45,557 bases of DNA from a virus (IMGVR_UViG_2703719354_000009:1-45557); one strand, 5' to 3'; counted from the stretch's first letter, positions 20,197 through 30,133 are shown. Numbers and translations are program-made. The notes: a model not told the origin generated them from the sequence alone.

Positions 20197-21081
20197 TTAT
20201 ATTGGGCGCTTTGAATTCGATTTAAAGCGTCTTCCACTTATCCCTGAAATCCAAATGTCTTCCTCAAGAAAGTCAAGAAGGGCTTTTATTTCTTTTTTTG
20301 ATGAAGGCATGACAATTTTCTCAACACCGCCAACTATTATGGTTTGTAAGGGGAAATTGACTTTAGCAGCTTCGGATTTAAACTTTGACATATTTTGGGG
20401 TGTTAGCATCCCAGTCTGATTTATTAGTGTTACTTTATTTCTTATCACTGTATCTGCAACGGATTTTAGATCAAAACCTTGGGGAGTAGAAAATACACTA
20501 AGTTGACTAAATGCATTAAGTTCTTGGTCAGTAGCAGCAGAAAAATAGGACGACATGTCAAAAATGCTTCTTAGATTAAAGAAACTCTTAAATCGTATTG
20601 TATCATTGATAATTATTGCAACTAGTTTATCATCAACATTAAAACCGATGCTATTAGCTTTACTAAAGGTAGTTTTGCTTGCAAAAAGCTTTCCAAAGAA
20701 TGATTTTGAGGTATCTAAGATTTGTTTTTTGTTGAAGGTTTGTAGCGCAATAATATTGGGGTTTGCTGGCGCGTCAACACCAACAAATAATGCTTTAATA
20801 TAACCAATATCAATTTGGCTGGGATCCCAGACAGGCACGGCGGTAGGCCTATTGACTGCGTCAATCAGGCGTGCAGAATCAGTAAAGTTTTGTATTTCAA
20901 AACACTCACTATGTTTTGGTGTATAACCGGCATAGAATGGTATCATATTGTTATGATGACTTTCAAAATATTGACGCTGTTGTTGGAAAATGGCCGTAAC
21001 AGAAGTACTTGCTGTTGCATCAAGTTCGACTCTAACAATTCTCGTTGCAATTGTATTATCTATTACTGCAAAAAGTGCCAT
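20197..21081 (-). CDS. Hypothetical 294-aa protein, downstream gene of an AT-rich two-gene cargo cassette (candidate defence/exclusion component)
   Basis: AAGGA about 8 nt upstream of the ATG; 5-bp gap to the upstream membrane-protein gene; AT-rich composition contrasts with the flanking phage genes; no motif I can assign. Confidence 0.6.
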   Translation of the reverse strand: MALFAVIDNTIATRIVRVELDATASTSVTAIFQQQRQYFESHHNNMIPFYAGYTPKHSECFEIQNFTDSARLIDAVNRPTAVPVWDPSQIDIGYIKALFVGVDAPANPNIIALQTFNKKQILDTSKSFFGKLFASKTTFSKANSIGFNVDDKLVAIIINDTIRFKSFFNLRSIFDMSSYFSAATDQELNAFSQLSVFSTPQGFDLKSVADTVIRNKVTLINQTGMLTPQNMSKFKSEAAKVNFPLQTIIVGGVEKIVMPSSKKEIKALLDFLEEDIWISGISGRRFKSNSKRPI

Positions 21082-21086
21082 GGTTA

Positions 21087-21608
21087 TTATCCTTTAACAT
21101 GTAGAAATGTGTAGTCTGTTAATTGAATAACTGTAAATTTGATATCTTTAATATCAGTAATGACTGATTTAGAAATCAATACAAAACCTACGCCGGTGTC
21201 ATCTTCAGCTTCGTAAAATTTATAACCGATAAGTGACAATACTGGGTTAAAGTTATAGTTCTCGGAAAAGCTGATGTAAAATAACAATGACAAATAAAAG
21301 AATAACGCATATGCTTTATTTTCAGCAATAGAGTCTGTTCCTAGGAGAGGGAATAAATAGCTTAAGAAATAATTAGTTACTTCTTTGTTAGCGGGAGAAA
21401 CTGAACTAATATTTTTTGTCAGAGGTTCAAGTTGTTTCTCAGCATATTGAATCAGGCCTATTGCTAATAACCAACTTGCTATGCCAACGCATAAGCTATA
21501 TTGCATCAGCCAAACCGTATCTTTTACATATCCAATAAAAAATAGAGTTGCGCAAACAGGTGCAATTGAGCTTGCTGTTAATAATAAGCGTGCTAATTTG
21601 TTCATCAT
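21087..21608 (-). CDS. Hypothetical 173-aa integral membrane protein, upstream gene of the cassette
   Basis: AAGGA 5 nt upstream of the ATG; three to four hydrophobic helices (LLLTASSIAPVCATLFFIGYV, YSLCVGIASWLLAIGLIQY, YALFFYLSLLFYISF) and a ~60-aa C-terminal soluble tail. Confidence 0.6.
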   Translation of the reverse strand: MMNKLARLLLTASSIAPVCATLFFIGYVKDTVWLMQYSLCVGIASWLLAIGLIQYAEKQLEPLTKNISSVSPANKEVTNYFLSYLFPLLGTDSIAENKAYALFFYLSLLFYISFSENYNFNPVLSLIGYKFYEAEDDTGVGFVLISKSVITDIKDIKFTVIQLTDYTFLHVKG

Positions 21609-21765
21609 GATATCCTTTGTACTGTTTATGCATACAGCACTTTACATCATGTACTCCAAAGTATCTATCTTGTGAAGAATCTTACACTAAATACTACAGA
21701 AAAAGTTAACGCGTACGCAAAAAGTATTATATCGTGTTAAGAGTGGTTACTTCGCCACACAGCTT

Positions 21766-21800
21766 AAACCCGCCATTGAGCGGGTTTTGTCGTTTTTGGG
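21766..21800 (+). terminator. Rho-independent terminator, candidate tR' upstream of the lysis genes
   Basis: AAACCCGC-CATTGA-GCGGGTTT hairpin followed by TGTCGTTTTT; about 140 bp upstream of the holin. Confidence 0.5.
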
Positions 21801-21938
21801 CCTAGGGATTCGTTGGGCCTGGTCTATCCCGCAGTTATCCATTGGCTCGGCTTCTTTGACGTTTCCGCTTCTGATTTGCGGTACATGATGTTCCCTCAAT
21901 TTGCACCTCCTGTATTGCGAGGTGAGAGATAACTACAA

Positions 21939-22265
21939 ATGCCTCATAACCCAAATACCTGGCTGGAGTTGGTCCAGAGCTGGTGGCGTGGAGACACACC
22001 GCTGGGCGCAGTGATTATGTCGATCGTTATGGCTGGCTTGCGCATTGCCTATTTTGGCGGTGGTGGTGGCTGGAAGCGAAAAACGCTCGAGATTTTGCTC
22101 TGTGGCGCTTTGACGCTGACCTTTGCATCCGCTCTTGAGTATGTCGGATGGCCTAAATCGCTTTCTGTTGCCATTGGTGGCGGTGTTGGGCTGATCGGTG
22201 TCGATGCTATTCGTGGGGCTGCAATGCGAGTAATCGGTAACAAATTTGGTAGCACGAAGGAGTAA
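21939..22265 (+). CDS. Holin
   Basis: 108-aa protein with three hydrophobic helices immediately upstream of a lambda R-type endolysin. Confidence 0.7.
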   Translation: MPHNPNTWLELVQSWWRGDTPLGAVIMSIVMAGLRIAYFGGGGGWKRKTLEILLCGALTLTFASALEYVGWPKSLSVAIGGGVGLIGVDAIRGAAMRVIGNKFGSTKE

Positions 22266-22268
22266 TTT

Positions 22269-22745
22269 ATGCAGGTACTAAATTCCCAGCGTAAAGCTTT
22301 CCTCGATATGGTGGCATGGTCAGAAGGAACGGATAACGGGCGACAACCGACACGTAACCACGGTTATGATGTTATTGTCGGTGGAGAACTCTTCACTGAT
22401 TACTCCGATCACCCTCGCAAACTTGTCACGCTAAACCCCAAACTCAAATCAACAGCGGCCGGACGTTACCAGCTTCTTTCCCGTTGGTGGGATGCTTACC
22501 GCAAGCAGTTAGGGCTGACAGACTTCTCTCCTAAAAGCCAGGATGCTGTTGCATTACAGCAGATTAAAGAGCGTGGCGCTTTACCGATGATTGATCGCGG
22601 CGATATTCGTCAGGCTATCGATCGTTGCAGCAATATCTGGGCGTCGTTACCTGGTGCAGGTTACGGTCAGTATGAACATAAAATCGGTGACCTGATTTCC
22701 CGTTTTAAAGAGGCTGGTGGGGTGGTAAATGAAGTTGAGCTATAA
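22269..22745 (+). CDS. R: Endolysin, lambda R-type lytic transglycosylase
   Basis: 158 aa; ...NSQRKAFLDMVAWSEGTDNGRQPTRNHGYDVIVGGELFTDYSDHPRKLVTLNPKLKSTAAGRYQLLSRWWDAYRKQLGL... is near-identical to lambda R as recalled. Confidence 0.9.
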   Translation: MQVLNSQRKAFLDMVAWSEGTDNGRQPTRNHGYDVIVGGELFTDYSDHPRKLVTLNPKLKSTAAGRYQLLSRWWDAYRKQLGLTDFSPKSQDAVALQQIKERGALPMIDRGDIRQAIDRCSNIWASLPGAGYGQYEHKIGDLISRFKEAGGVVNEVEL

Positions 22746-23121
22746 GCTGGCTATCTCTGCATTCTTCTTTACTGTCATCGGTTCTTTCATCTGGTCTGCC
22801 AACCACTACTACAGCAAATATCAGCACGAAAAGAAACGTGCTGATGAGGCTGTACGAAATGCTGAATCAGCAACAGCCATTACCAATAACGTCCTGCAAT
22901 CACTACAAATCGTCAATACAGTTCTGGAGGCTAACCAGCATGCAAAACAGCAGATCGCACTGGAGTCACAGAGAACCCAGGAAGATATCAAAGTGGCTGT
23001 TGAGAATGATGATTGCGCTTCACGTGCTGTGCCTGCTGCCGCTGCTGACCGGTTGCGGAAGTACGCGGACAGTTTACGTGCAGGTTCCAACGATGCCGTT
23101 ACCGGCGAACCTGCTCGCTGA
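22729..23121 (+). CDS. Rz: i-spanin (Rz-like)
   Basis: 130 aa with N-terminal transmembrane segment and coiled-coil-like body; overlaps the endolysin end. Confidence 0.7.
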   Translation: MKLSYKLAISAFFFTVIGSFIWSANHYYSKYQHEKKRADEAVRNAESATAITNNVLQSLQIVNTVLEANQHAKQQIALESQRTQEDIKVAVENDDCASRAVPAAAADRLRKYADSLRAGSNDAVTGEPAR

Positions 23122-23281
23122 AACTCCACAGCCAGTTATCCCCAATCCTCTGACTTATGGAGGTAGCCTAGATTTAAATGTCAGTTTATTGTCGGCATTA
23201 TGGCAGTGCAATTTGGATAAAGCGGGGATTAGAAAGATAGAGGCGAGCCGGTCAGGTAGAAGTGAATCAGGCTCAAAGTGA
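23006..23281 (+). CDS. Rz1: o-spanin (Rz1-like lipoprotein), overlapped arrangement
   Basis: Alternate frame within Rz; MMIALHVLCLLPLLTGCGS has a lipobox (LTGC) followed by a Pro-rich segment; extends 160 bp past the Rz stop. Confidence 0.6.
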   Translation: MMIALHVLCLLPLLTGCGSTRTVYVQVPTMPLPANLLAETPQPVIPNPLTYGGSLDLNVSLLSALWQCNLDKAGIRKIEASRSGRSESGSK

Positions 23282-23573
23282 AGCGGAAAAGCTCTTTGGC
23301 ATAAGGTGACGTAATAATAATTACAGTCAACTGACTTTTGGAACGAAACATGTTTAACCTCCTTAATTGGTGTTATTCGAGTGATGAAGGCATTCTGTCC
23401 TTCTGTAGTGTCCAGTAAATCAAACAGGAAACTTGTCCAACGTGTTGGACAAGCCTCTCCATTAGTGAGTTGTATTGATCACAACTCTACAAAGTATTCA
23501 TTACTGGGTAGATGAAAATAGTTTCACGATGAATGGAGGAGGCTATGTCGGTGGCTTCTTCATTGGAGTACAT

Positions 23574-23924
23574 ATGCCATCACGAATCCCAAAAGCCTGC
23601 CGTGTTCGTGGCTGCCGCCATACCACCACAGACCCGTCAGGCTACTGCGAAAGCCACAAAAGCGAAGGCTGGAAGCAATACAAGCCAGGCCAGTCCCGTC
23701 ATCAGCGCGGCTACGGTTCGAAATGGGATGCTATCCGTGAACGTGTACTGAAGCGTGACAAAGGCCTGTGTCAGTTATGTCTGCGTGCCGGTGTGGTGCG
23801 TGAGGCGAAAACCGTTGACCACATCATCCCTAAAGCACATGGCGGCACTGATGCCGACAGTAATCTGCAGAGTCTGTGCTGGCCGTGTCATAAGGCGAAG
23901 ACGGCCCGTGAACGGTTAAAGTGA
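23574..23924 (+). CDS. HNH endonuclease (terminase-associated)
   Basis: Start taken at the third Met (MPSRIPKACRVRGC...); HNH motif ...VDHIIPKAHGGTDADSNLQSLCWPCHKAK; upstream of the terminase genes. Confidence 0.75.
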   Translation: MPSRIPKACRVRGCRHTTTDPSGYCESHKSEGWKQYKPGQSRHQRGYGSKWDAIRERVLKRDKGLCQLCLRAGVVREAKTVDHIIPKAHGGTDADSNLQSLCWPCHKAKTARERLK

Positions 23925-24041
23925 TAATAATTCTCAACTGTCTGTGGGGGAGGGGCGGGTCAAATCCCTGTGACCTGACGTCTTCCGGACTGCCCGCCCC
24001 ATCGTTTTTTTATACCCGCGAAAAATGAAATTTAACCAGGA

Positions 24042-24545
24042 GTGCCGCATATGGCTGGAACGGCGGGGCGTTCCGGGCGTCGCCCCAAGCCAACGGCGCG
24101 CAAGGCGCTGGCCGGAAACCCCGGCAAGCGAGCCCTGAACAAAGATGAACCTGTTTTTACGCCCATCAAAGGTGTTGAGCCACCGGAGTGGTTCGCAGAA
24201 GAAGATCTCCCTCTCGCCACGATCATGTGGCAACTGACAACCAAAGAACTCTGCGGTCAGGGCCTGCTGTGCGTGACTGACCTGGCGGTACTTGAGCGGT
24301 GGTGCGTGGCCTATGAGTTCTGGCGACGTGCCGTGAAAAATATTGCCAGCCAGGGCAACACCATCACCGGTGCAATGGGCGGCAGGGTCAAAAACCCGGA
24401 GCTGACCGCCAAGAAAGAACAGGAGTCCGAGATGAGCAGCACGGGGGCAATGCTCGGACTCGACCCCAGCAGCCGCCAGCGTCTGATAGGCCTGGCGGGG
24501 CAGAAGAAAGCCACTAACCCGTTTCTGAAAATCATCGAATCATGA
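24042..24545 (+). CDS. Terminase small subunit (P27-type)
   Basis: 167 aa; position immediately before the large terminase; sequence recalled as P27-family small terminase. Confidence 0.7.
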   Translation: MPHMAGTAGRSGRRPKPTARKALAGNPGKRALNKDEPVFTPIKGVEPPEWFAEEDLPLATIMWQLTTKELCGQGLLCVTDLAVLERWCVAYEFWRRAVKNIASQGNTITGAMGGRVKNPELTAKKEQESEMSSTGAMLGLDPSSRQRLIGLAGQKKATNPFLKIIES

Positions 24546-26275
24546 GCCGGAAATCTTACCCCAACGTAAATGCTGCCAATCAGTATGCCCGTGATGTCGT
24601 GCGGGGAAAGATTGTGGCCTGCCAGTTTGTGATTCAGGCCTGCCAGCGCCATCTTGATGACCTGATGGCGGAAAAAAGTAAGTCGTTTCGTTACCGCTTC
24701 GACAAGGACCTGGCTGAACGGGCCGCCAAATTTATTCAACTGTTGCCGCACACCAAGGGTGAGTGGGCATTTAAGAGGATGCCCATCACGCTGGAGCCGT
24801 GGCAGCTCTTTGTGATCTGCTGCGCGTTTGGCTGGGTCAATAAAGGCTCCCGGCTGCGCCGCTTCCGTGAGGTGTATACCGAAATCCCCCGTAAGAACGG
24901 CAAATCGGCAATCTCTGCCGGTGTCGCCCTGTATTGTTTTGCCTGTGATAACGAGTTTGGCGCGGAAGTGTATTCCGGTGCCACGACAGAGAAACAGGCG
25001 TGGGAAGTCTTTCGCCCGGCGCGACTGATGTGTAAACGCACACCCATGCTGACGGAAGCGTTCGGGATTGAGGTTAACGCCTCAAACATGAACCGTCCGG
25101 AGGATGGCGCGCGGTTTGAACCGCTGATCGGTAACCCCGGTGATGGATCATCACCCCACTGTGCGGTGGTGGATGAATATCACGAGCACGCCACCGATGC
25201 GCTTTACACCACGATGCTTACCGGGATGGGGGCGCGACGTCAGCCACTGATGTGGGCCATTACTACTGCCGGGTACAACATTGAGGGGCCGTGCTACGAC
25301 AAACGGCGGGAAGTTATCGAGATGCTCAACGGTTCGGTACCCAACGATGAACTGTTCGGGATCATCTATACCGTTGACGAAGGTGACGACTGGACCAACC
25401 CACAGGTGCTGGAAAAAGCCAACCCGAATATCGGGGTGTCGGTTTACCGTGAGTTTTTGTTAAGTCAGCAACAGCGTGCGAAAAATAACGCCCGTCTGGC
25501 AAACGTCTTTAAAACAAAACACCTCAATATCTGGGTGTCGGCGCGTTCGGCGTATTTCAACCTGGTGAGCTGGCAGAGCTGCGAGGATAAATCACTGACT
25601 CTTGAGCAATTCGAGGGGCAGCCGTGCATTCTGGCCTTTGACCTGGCGCGTAAACTGGATATGAACAGCATGGCGCGACTTTATACCCGCGAGATTGACG
25701 GTAAAACGCATTACTACAGTGTGGCCCCGCGTTTCTGGGTACCGTATGACACGGTGTACAGCGTCGAGAAAAATGAAGATCGACGGACAGCCGAACGCTT
25801 TCAGAAATGGGTGGAAATGGGCGTTCTGACCGTTACCGATGGTGCGGAAGTGGATTATCGCTACATCCTCGAGGAGGCCAAAGCGGCGAACAAAATCAGC
25901 CCGGTCAGTGAGTCACCCATCGACCCCTTCGGGGCGACCGGGCTGTCACATGACCTTGCTGATGAAGACCTGAATCCCATCACTATCATTCAGAACTACA
26001 CCAACATGTCCGACCCGATGAAAGAGCTGGAAGCGGCAATTGAATCGGGGCGCTTTCATCATGATGGCAATCCCATCATGACCTGGTGTATCGGCAACGT
26101 GGTCGGCAAAACCATTCCGGGTAACGATGATGTGGTGAAGCCCGTCAAAGAGCAGGCGGAAAACAAAATCGATGGTGCAGTTGCGCTGATTATGGCGGTT
26201 GGCAGAGCCATGCTGTACGAGAAAGAAGACACGCTGTCTGACCACATTGAGTCCTATGGGATCCGCTCGCTTTAA
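24542..26275 (+). CDS. Terminase large subunit
   Basis: 577 aa; follows the small subunit with overlapping stop/start; Walker-type region and C-terminal nuclease-like region. Confidence 0.85.
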   Translation: MSRKSYPNVNAANQYARDVVRGKIVACQFVIQACQRHLDDLMAEKSKSFRYRFDKDLAERAAKFIQLLPHTKGEWAFKRMPITLEPWQLFVICCAFGWVNKGSRLRRFREVYTEIPRKNGKSAISAGVALYCFACDNEFGAEVYSGATTEKQAWEVFRPARLMCKRTPMLTEAFGIEVNASNMNRPEDGARFEPLIGNPGDGSSPHCAVVDEYHEHATDALYTTMLTGMGARRQPLMWAITTAGYNIEGPCYDKRREVIEMLNGSVPNDELFGIIYTVDEGDDWTNPQVLEKANPNIGVSVYREFLLSQQQRAKNNARLANVFKTKHLNIWVSARSAYFNLVSWQSCEDKSLTLEQFEGQPCILAFDLARKLDMNSMARLYTREIDGKTHYYSVAPRFWVPYDTVYSVEKNEDRRTAERFQKWVEMGVLTVTDGAEVDYRYILEEAKAANKISPVSESPIDPFGATGLSHDLADEDLNPITIIQNYTNMSDPMKELEAAIESGRFHHDGNPIMTWCIGNVVGKTIPGNDDVVKPVKEQAENKIDGAVALIMAVGRAMLYEKEDTLSDHIESYGIRSL

Positions 26276-26286
26276 CTGAGGTAATT

Positions 26287-26469
26287 ATGATCATGCTGAT
26301 TCTCGCGCCTCTGGTGGGCGTGCTGGGGGCGCTTTTGCTGGCGTATGGTGCCTGGCTGATTTATCCCCCGGCGGGGTTTGTTGTTGCCGGGGCGTTGTGC
26401 CTGTTCTGGTCGTGGCTGGTGGCGCGATATCTCGACCGTACACAGATGTCTGTTGGTGGAGGTAAATAG
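26287..26469 (+). CDS. Small hydrophobic protein (60 aa)
   Basis: Two predicted membrane helices; lies between the terminase and portal genes. Confidence 0.4.
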   Translation: MIMLILAPLVGVLGALLLAYGAWLIYPPAGFVVAGALCLFWSWLVARYLDRTQMSVGGGK

Positions 26470-27710
26470 TGTTCTTTTCGGGATTATTTCAACGAAAAAG
26501 TGACGCACCGGTGACCACGCCAGCAGAGCTGGCGGATGCTATCGGGCTGTCATACGACACCTATACCGGAAAGCAGATCAGCAGCCAGAGGGCCATGCGA
26601 CTGACGGCGGTTTTTTCCTGCGTCAGGGTGCTGGCGGAGTCGGTCGGGATGTTGCCCTGCAACCTGTATCACCTGAACGGCAGCCTGAAGCAGAGAGCCA
26701 CTGGCGAACGTCTGCATAAGCTGATCTCCACGCATCCCAATGGCTATATGACGCCGCAGGAGTTCTGGGAGCTGGTGGTCACCTGTCTGTGCCTGCGGGG
26801 AAACTTTTACGCCTACAAAGTGAAAGCATTTGGCGAAGTGGCTGAACTGCTGCCCGTCGATCCCGGCTGTGTGGTACCGAAGCTTAACAGTAGCTGGGAG
26901 CCGGTCTATCAGGTCACATTCCCGGATGGCTCCACGGATGTACTGAGCCAGGAGGATATCTGGCATGTGCGCACGCTGACGCTGGACGGACTGGTGGGGC
27001 TGAATCCCATCGCCTATGCCCGCGAGGCAATATCGCTGGCGGCAGCGACCGAAGAGCACGGGGCCAGACTGTTCAGCAATGGCGCGGTGACGTCGGGTGT
27101 GTTGCGTACAGAGCAGACGCTGTCAGATCAGGCTTATGAGCGCCTGAAGAAAGATTTTGAGGAGCGTCACACCGGGCTTGGCAATGCTCACCGCCCGATG
27201 ATCCTTGAGATGGGGCTGGACTGGAAGTCGATGGCGCTGAACGCCGAGGACAGCCAGTTCCTGGAAACCCGCAAGTTTCAGCTTGAAGAAATCTGTCGTC
27301 TGTTCCGGGTGCCGTTGCACATGGTGCAGAACACCGATCGCGCCACCTTCAACAATATCGAAGAGCTGGGGCTGGGATTTATCAACTATTCACTGGTGCC
27401 GTATCTGACCCGCATCGAACAGCGGATCAACACCGGACTGGTACGAAAAAGTAAGCAGGGCGTTTATTACGCCAAATTTAACGCCGGGGCGTTACTGCGC
27501 GGGGATATGAAGTCCCGTTTTGAAGCCTACGCCACCGGGATCAACTGGGGAATTTACTCTCCCAATGACTGCCGCGACCTGGAAGATATGAATCCGCGTC
27601 CCGGTGGTGATGTCTATCTCACACCGATGAACATGACCACGAAACCCTCCGATGGCAGTAAAGCCGGTAAGCAGAAGGATAACGCCAATGCAGACGAAAC
27701 AACGTCTTGA
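26469..27710 (+). CDS. Portal protein (HK97-type)
   Basis: 413 aa; gene order terminase-portal-protease-capsid. Confidence 0.8.
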   Translation: MFFSGLFQRKSDAPVTTPAELADAIGLSYDTYTGKQISSQRAMRLTAVFSCVRVLAESVGMLPCNLYHLNGSLKQRATGERLHKLISTHPNGYMTPQEFWELVVTCLCLRGNFYAYKVKAFGEVAELLPVDPGCVVPKLNSSWEPVYQVTFPDGSTDVLSQEDIWHVRTLTLDGLVGLNPIAYAREAISLAAATEEHGARLFSNGAVTSGVLRTEQTLSDQAYERLKKDFEERHTGLGNAHRPMILEMGLDWKSMALNAEDSQFLETRKFQLEEICRLFRVPLHMVQNTDRATFNNIEELGLGFINYSLVPYLTRIEQRINTGLVRKSKQGVYYAKFNAGALLRGDMKSRFEAYATGINWGIYSPNDCRDLEDMNPRPGGDVYLTPMNMTTKPSDGSKAGKQKDNANADETTS

Positions 27711-28338
27711 TGTACCGCTGAGTCTGAAATCTGTCAGTGACTCCGGTGAGTTTGAAGGGTATGGCTCCGTCTTTGGTGTAAAGGACAGCCACGATGATGT
27801 GGTGATGTCCGGGGCATTTGCTGCTTCCCTGCGGGCGTGGAGTGACAGAAAAGCGTTACCAGCGCTGCTCTGGCAGCACCGCATGGATGAGCCCATCGGT
27901 GTTTATACCGAAATGAAGGAAGACGATGTCGGGCTTTACGTCAGGGGGCGGTTGCTCATTGATGATGATCCCCTGGCAAAACGCGCACATGCACACATGA
28001 AGGCCGGTTCGTTAACCGGCCTTTCTATTGGGTACGTCCTGAAGGACTGGGAATACGACCGGACGAAAGAAGCCTTTCTGCTGAAAGAAATCGACCTCTG
28101 GGAAGTCAGTCTGGTGACGTTTCCGTCTAACGACGAGGCGCGGATCAGCGACGTCAAGAACGCGCTGGCCCGCGGGGAAATCCCCGAACAGAAAAAAATC
28201 GAAAGAGTCCTGCGTGATGTCGGACTCTCCCGTACCCAGGCCAAAGCATTCATGGCCGGGGGCTATGGCGCACTGTCCCTGCGCGACGCTGAGGATGTGG
28301 GCTCTGCACTGAATGCACTGAAAAATCTGAACTTCTAA
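27652..28338 (+). CDS. Prohead maturation protease (HK97-type)
   Basis: 228 aa; position between portal and major capsid genes; true start may be an internal Met. Confidence 0.75.
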   Translation: MAVKPVSRRITPMQTKQRLDVPLSLKSVSDSGEFEGYGSVFGVKDSHDDVVMSGAFAASLRAWSDRKALPALLWQHRMDEPIGVYTEMKEDDVGLYVRGRLLIDDDPLAKRAHAHMKAGSLTGLSIGYVLKDWEYDRTKEAFLLKEIDLWEVSLVTFPSNDEARISDVKNALARGEIPEQKKIERVLRDVGLSRTQAKAFMAGGYGALSLRDAEDVGSALNALKNLNF

Positions 28339-28352
28339 TCAGGAGAAATACG

Positions 28353-29558
28353 ATGGCGGTTGATATTAAAGATGTCGAACAGGTCGCGCAGGAGCTGCAG
28401 CAGAAGTTTGACGACTTCAAAGCAAAGAACGACAAGCGCGTGGATGCGATTGAGCAGGAAAAAGGCAAACTTGCCGGGCAGGTGGAAACCCTGAACGGGA
28501 AACTCAGCGAGCTGGAAAACCTCAAAAGCGATCTTGAAAAAGAGCTGCTTAGGCTGAAACGTCCGGCAGGTGGTGCGCAAAATAAACTGGCCACCGAGCA
28601 TAAAGAGGCGTTTGTGTGCTTCCTGCGTAAAGGCCGTGAAGACGGTCTGCGCGATCTGGAGCGTAAGGCATTGCAGGTGGGCACCGATGAAGACGGTGGC
28701 TACGCCGTGCCGGAAGCGCTGGATCGCAACATTCTCAACCTGCTGAAAGATGAAGTGGTGATGCGTCAGGAAGCCACGGTGATCACCGTTGGCGGTTCCG
28801 ACTACAAAAAACTGGTGAATCTGGGCGGCACGGCTTCCGGATGGGTTGGCGAGACTGACACGCGATCCCAGACTGCCACCTCCAGACTGGAGCTGATTGA
28901 ACCTCTCATGGGGGAAATCTACGGCAACCCGCAGGCTACCCAGAAAATGCTGGACGATGCCTTCTTCAACGTGGAGGCCTGGATCAACAGCGAGCTGGCA
29001 ACCGAATTTGCCGAACAGGAAGAAATTGCCTTTACCTCAGGCGATGGCACCAAGAAGCCGAAAGGGTTCCTGGCGTATGAATCCACTGATGAAACCGATA
29101 AGGTCCGGGCGTTCGGCAAACTTCAGCATATTGTATCCGGCGAAGCGACGGCGGTGACCGCAGACGCCATTATTAAACTGATTTACACGCTGCGTAAGGC
29201 ACACCGCACTGGCGCGAAGTTCATGATGAACAACAACAGCCTGTTTGCCATCCGTCTGCTTAAAGACAGCGAGGGTAACTATCTGTGGCGTCCGGGGCTG
29301 GAACTGGGGCAGCCGTCCTCTCTGGCGGGTTACGGTATCGCTGAAAACGAACAGATGCCGGATATCGCCGCTGATGCGAAAGCCATTGCATTTGGTAACT
29401 TCAAACGGGGTTACACCATCGTTGACCGTATCGGCACCCGCATTCTGCGTGACCCGTACACCAATAAACCGTTTGTCGGTTTTTATACCACCAAACGCAC
29501 CGGCGGCATGCTGGTCGATTCGCAGGCCATCAAACTGCTGAAAATTGCAGTGGCGTAA
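28353..29558 (+). CDS. Major capsid protein (HK97 fold)
   Basis: 401 aa with N-terminal coiled-coil delta domain (…LQQKFDDFKAKNDKRVDAIEQEKGKLAGQVETLNGKLSELENLK…). Confidence 0.85.
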   Translation: MAVDIKDVEQVAQELQQKFDDFKAKNDKRVDAIEQEKGKLAGQVETLNGKLSELENLKSDLEKELLRLKRPAGGAQNKLATEHKEAFVCFLRKGREDGLRDLERKALQVGTDEDGGYAVPEALDRNILNLLKDEVVMRQEATVITVGGSDYKKLVNLGGTASGWVGETDTRSQTATSRLELIEPLMGEIYGNPQATQKMLDDAFFNVEAWINSELATEFAEQEEIAFTSGDGTKKPKGFLAYESTDETDKVRAFGKLQHIVSGEATAVTADAIIKLIYTLRKAHRTGAKFMMNNNSLFAIRLLKDSEGNYLWRPGLELGQPSSLAGYGIAENEQMPDIAADAKAIAFGNFKRGYTIVDRIGTRILRDPYTNKPFVGFYTTKRTGGMLVDSQAIKLLKIAVA

Positions 29559-29606
29559 TCACTCAGGGGCGCGGAACCGCGCCCCTGTTCTGACGGGTGA
29601 AGAATC

Positions 29607-29807
29607 ATGATCCTGAAACAAGATCTGAAATGGTCACCGGACGGTATGCGTGTTGAGGTCATTCGGGCCGGTGAGTATGACGACGGGGCGCTTCCTGCCC
29701 GGGTGCAGGAGATTGCACTTCAGGCCGGGTTAGCAGAGCGCGGAACCAGTGCAAAAAGCAGTAAAGCGACAAAAGAGAAAAAAGCCACGACCAGTAAAGA
29801 GGGCTGA
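29607..29807 (+). CDS. Small hypothetical head-module protein (66 aa, Lys-rich C-terminus)
   Basis: ORF with overlapping-gene spacing to the next gene. Confidence 0.4.
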   Translation: MILKQDLKWSPDGMRVEVIRAGEYDDGALPARVQEIALQAGLAERGTSAKSSKATKEKKATTSKEG

Positions 29808-29809
29808 GT

Positions 29810-30133
29810 ATGCTTCTGACAATGGAAGAGATTAAAGCCCAACTCCGGCTGGATGAGGATTTCGATGCTGATGACCGCCATCTGCAACTGCTGGCCTGTG
29901 CGGCACAAAAGCGGACGGAAACGTATCTGAACCGGAAGCTCTATGCACCGGATGAAACCATTCCGGACAGCGATCCGGACGGGCTGCACCTGCCGGATGA
30001 TATTCGTCTGGGGATGCTGATGCTTATCAGCCATTTTTACGAAAACCGCTCGTCGGTTACGGAAGTGGAGAAACTCGACATGCCGCAGAGTTTTGGCTGG
30101 CTTGTCGGCCCGTACAGGTACTTTCCGCAATGA
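29810..30133 (+). CDS. Head-tail connector (gp6-like)
   Basis: 107 aa; position after the capsid gene; sequence recalled as the gp6-like connector family. Confidence 0.65.
   Translation: MLLTMEEIKAQLRLDEDFDADDRHLQLLACAAQKRTETYLNRKLYAPDETIPDSDPDGLHLPDDIRLGMLMLISHFYENRSSVTEVEKLDMPQSFGWLVGPYRYFPQ

Noticed and set aside
20197-21608. Two-gene cassette considered as RexAB, CBASS or Pycsar
   Set aside because: RexAB has the opposite gene order (soluble RexA first, membrane RexB second). The 294-aa protein shows no nucleotidyltransferase GS...D.D motif expected for CBASS or Pycsar cyclases. Kept as an unclassified or Kiwa-like candidate.
22838-23005. N-terminal 56 residues of the track ORF 22838-23281
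   Set aside because: That part is just the alternate frame of Rz with no signal peptide; the plausible Rz1 starts at the internal MMIALH... with a lipobox.
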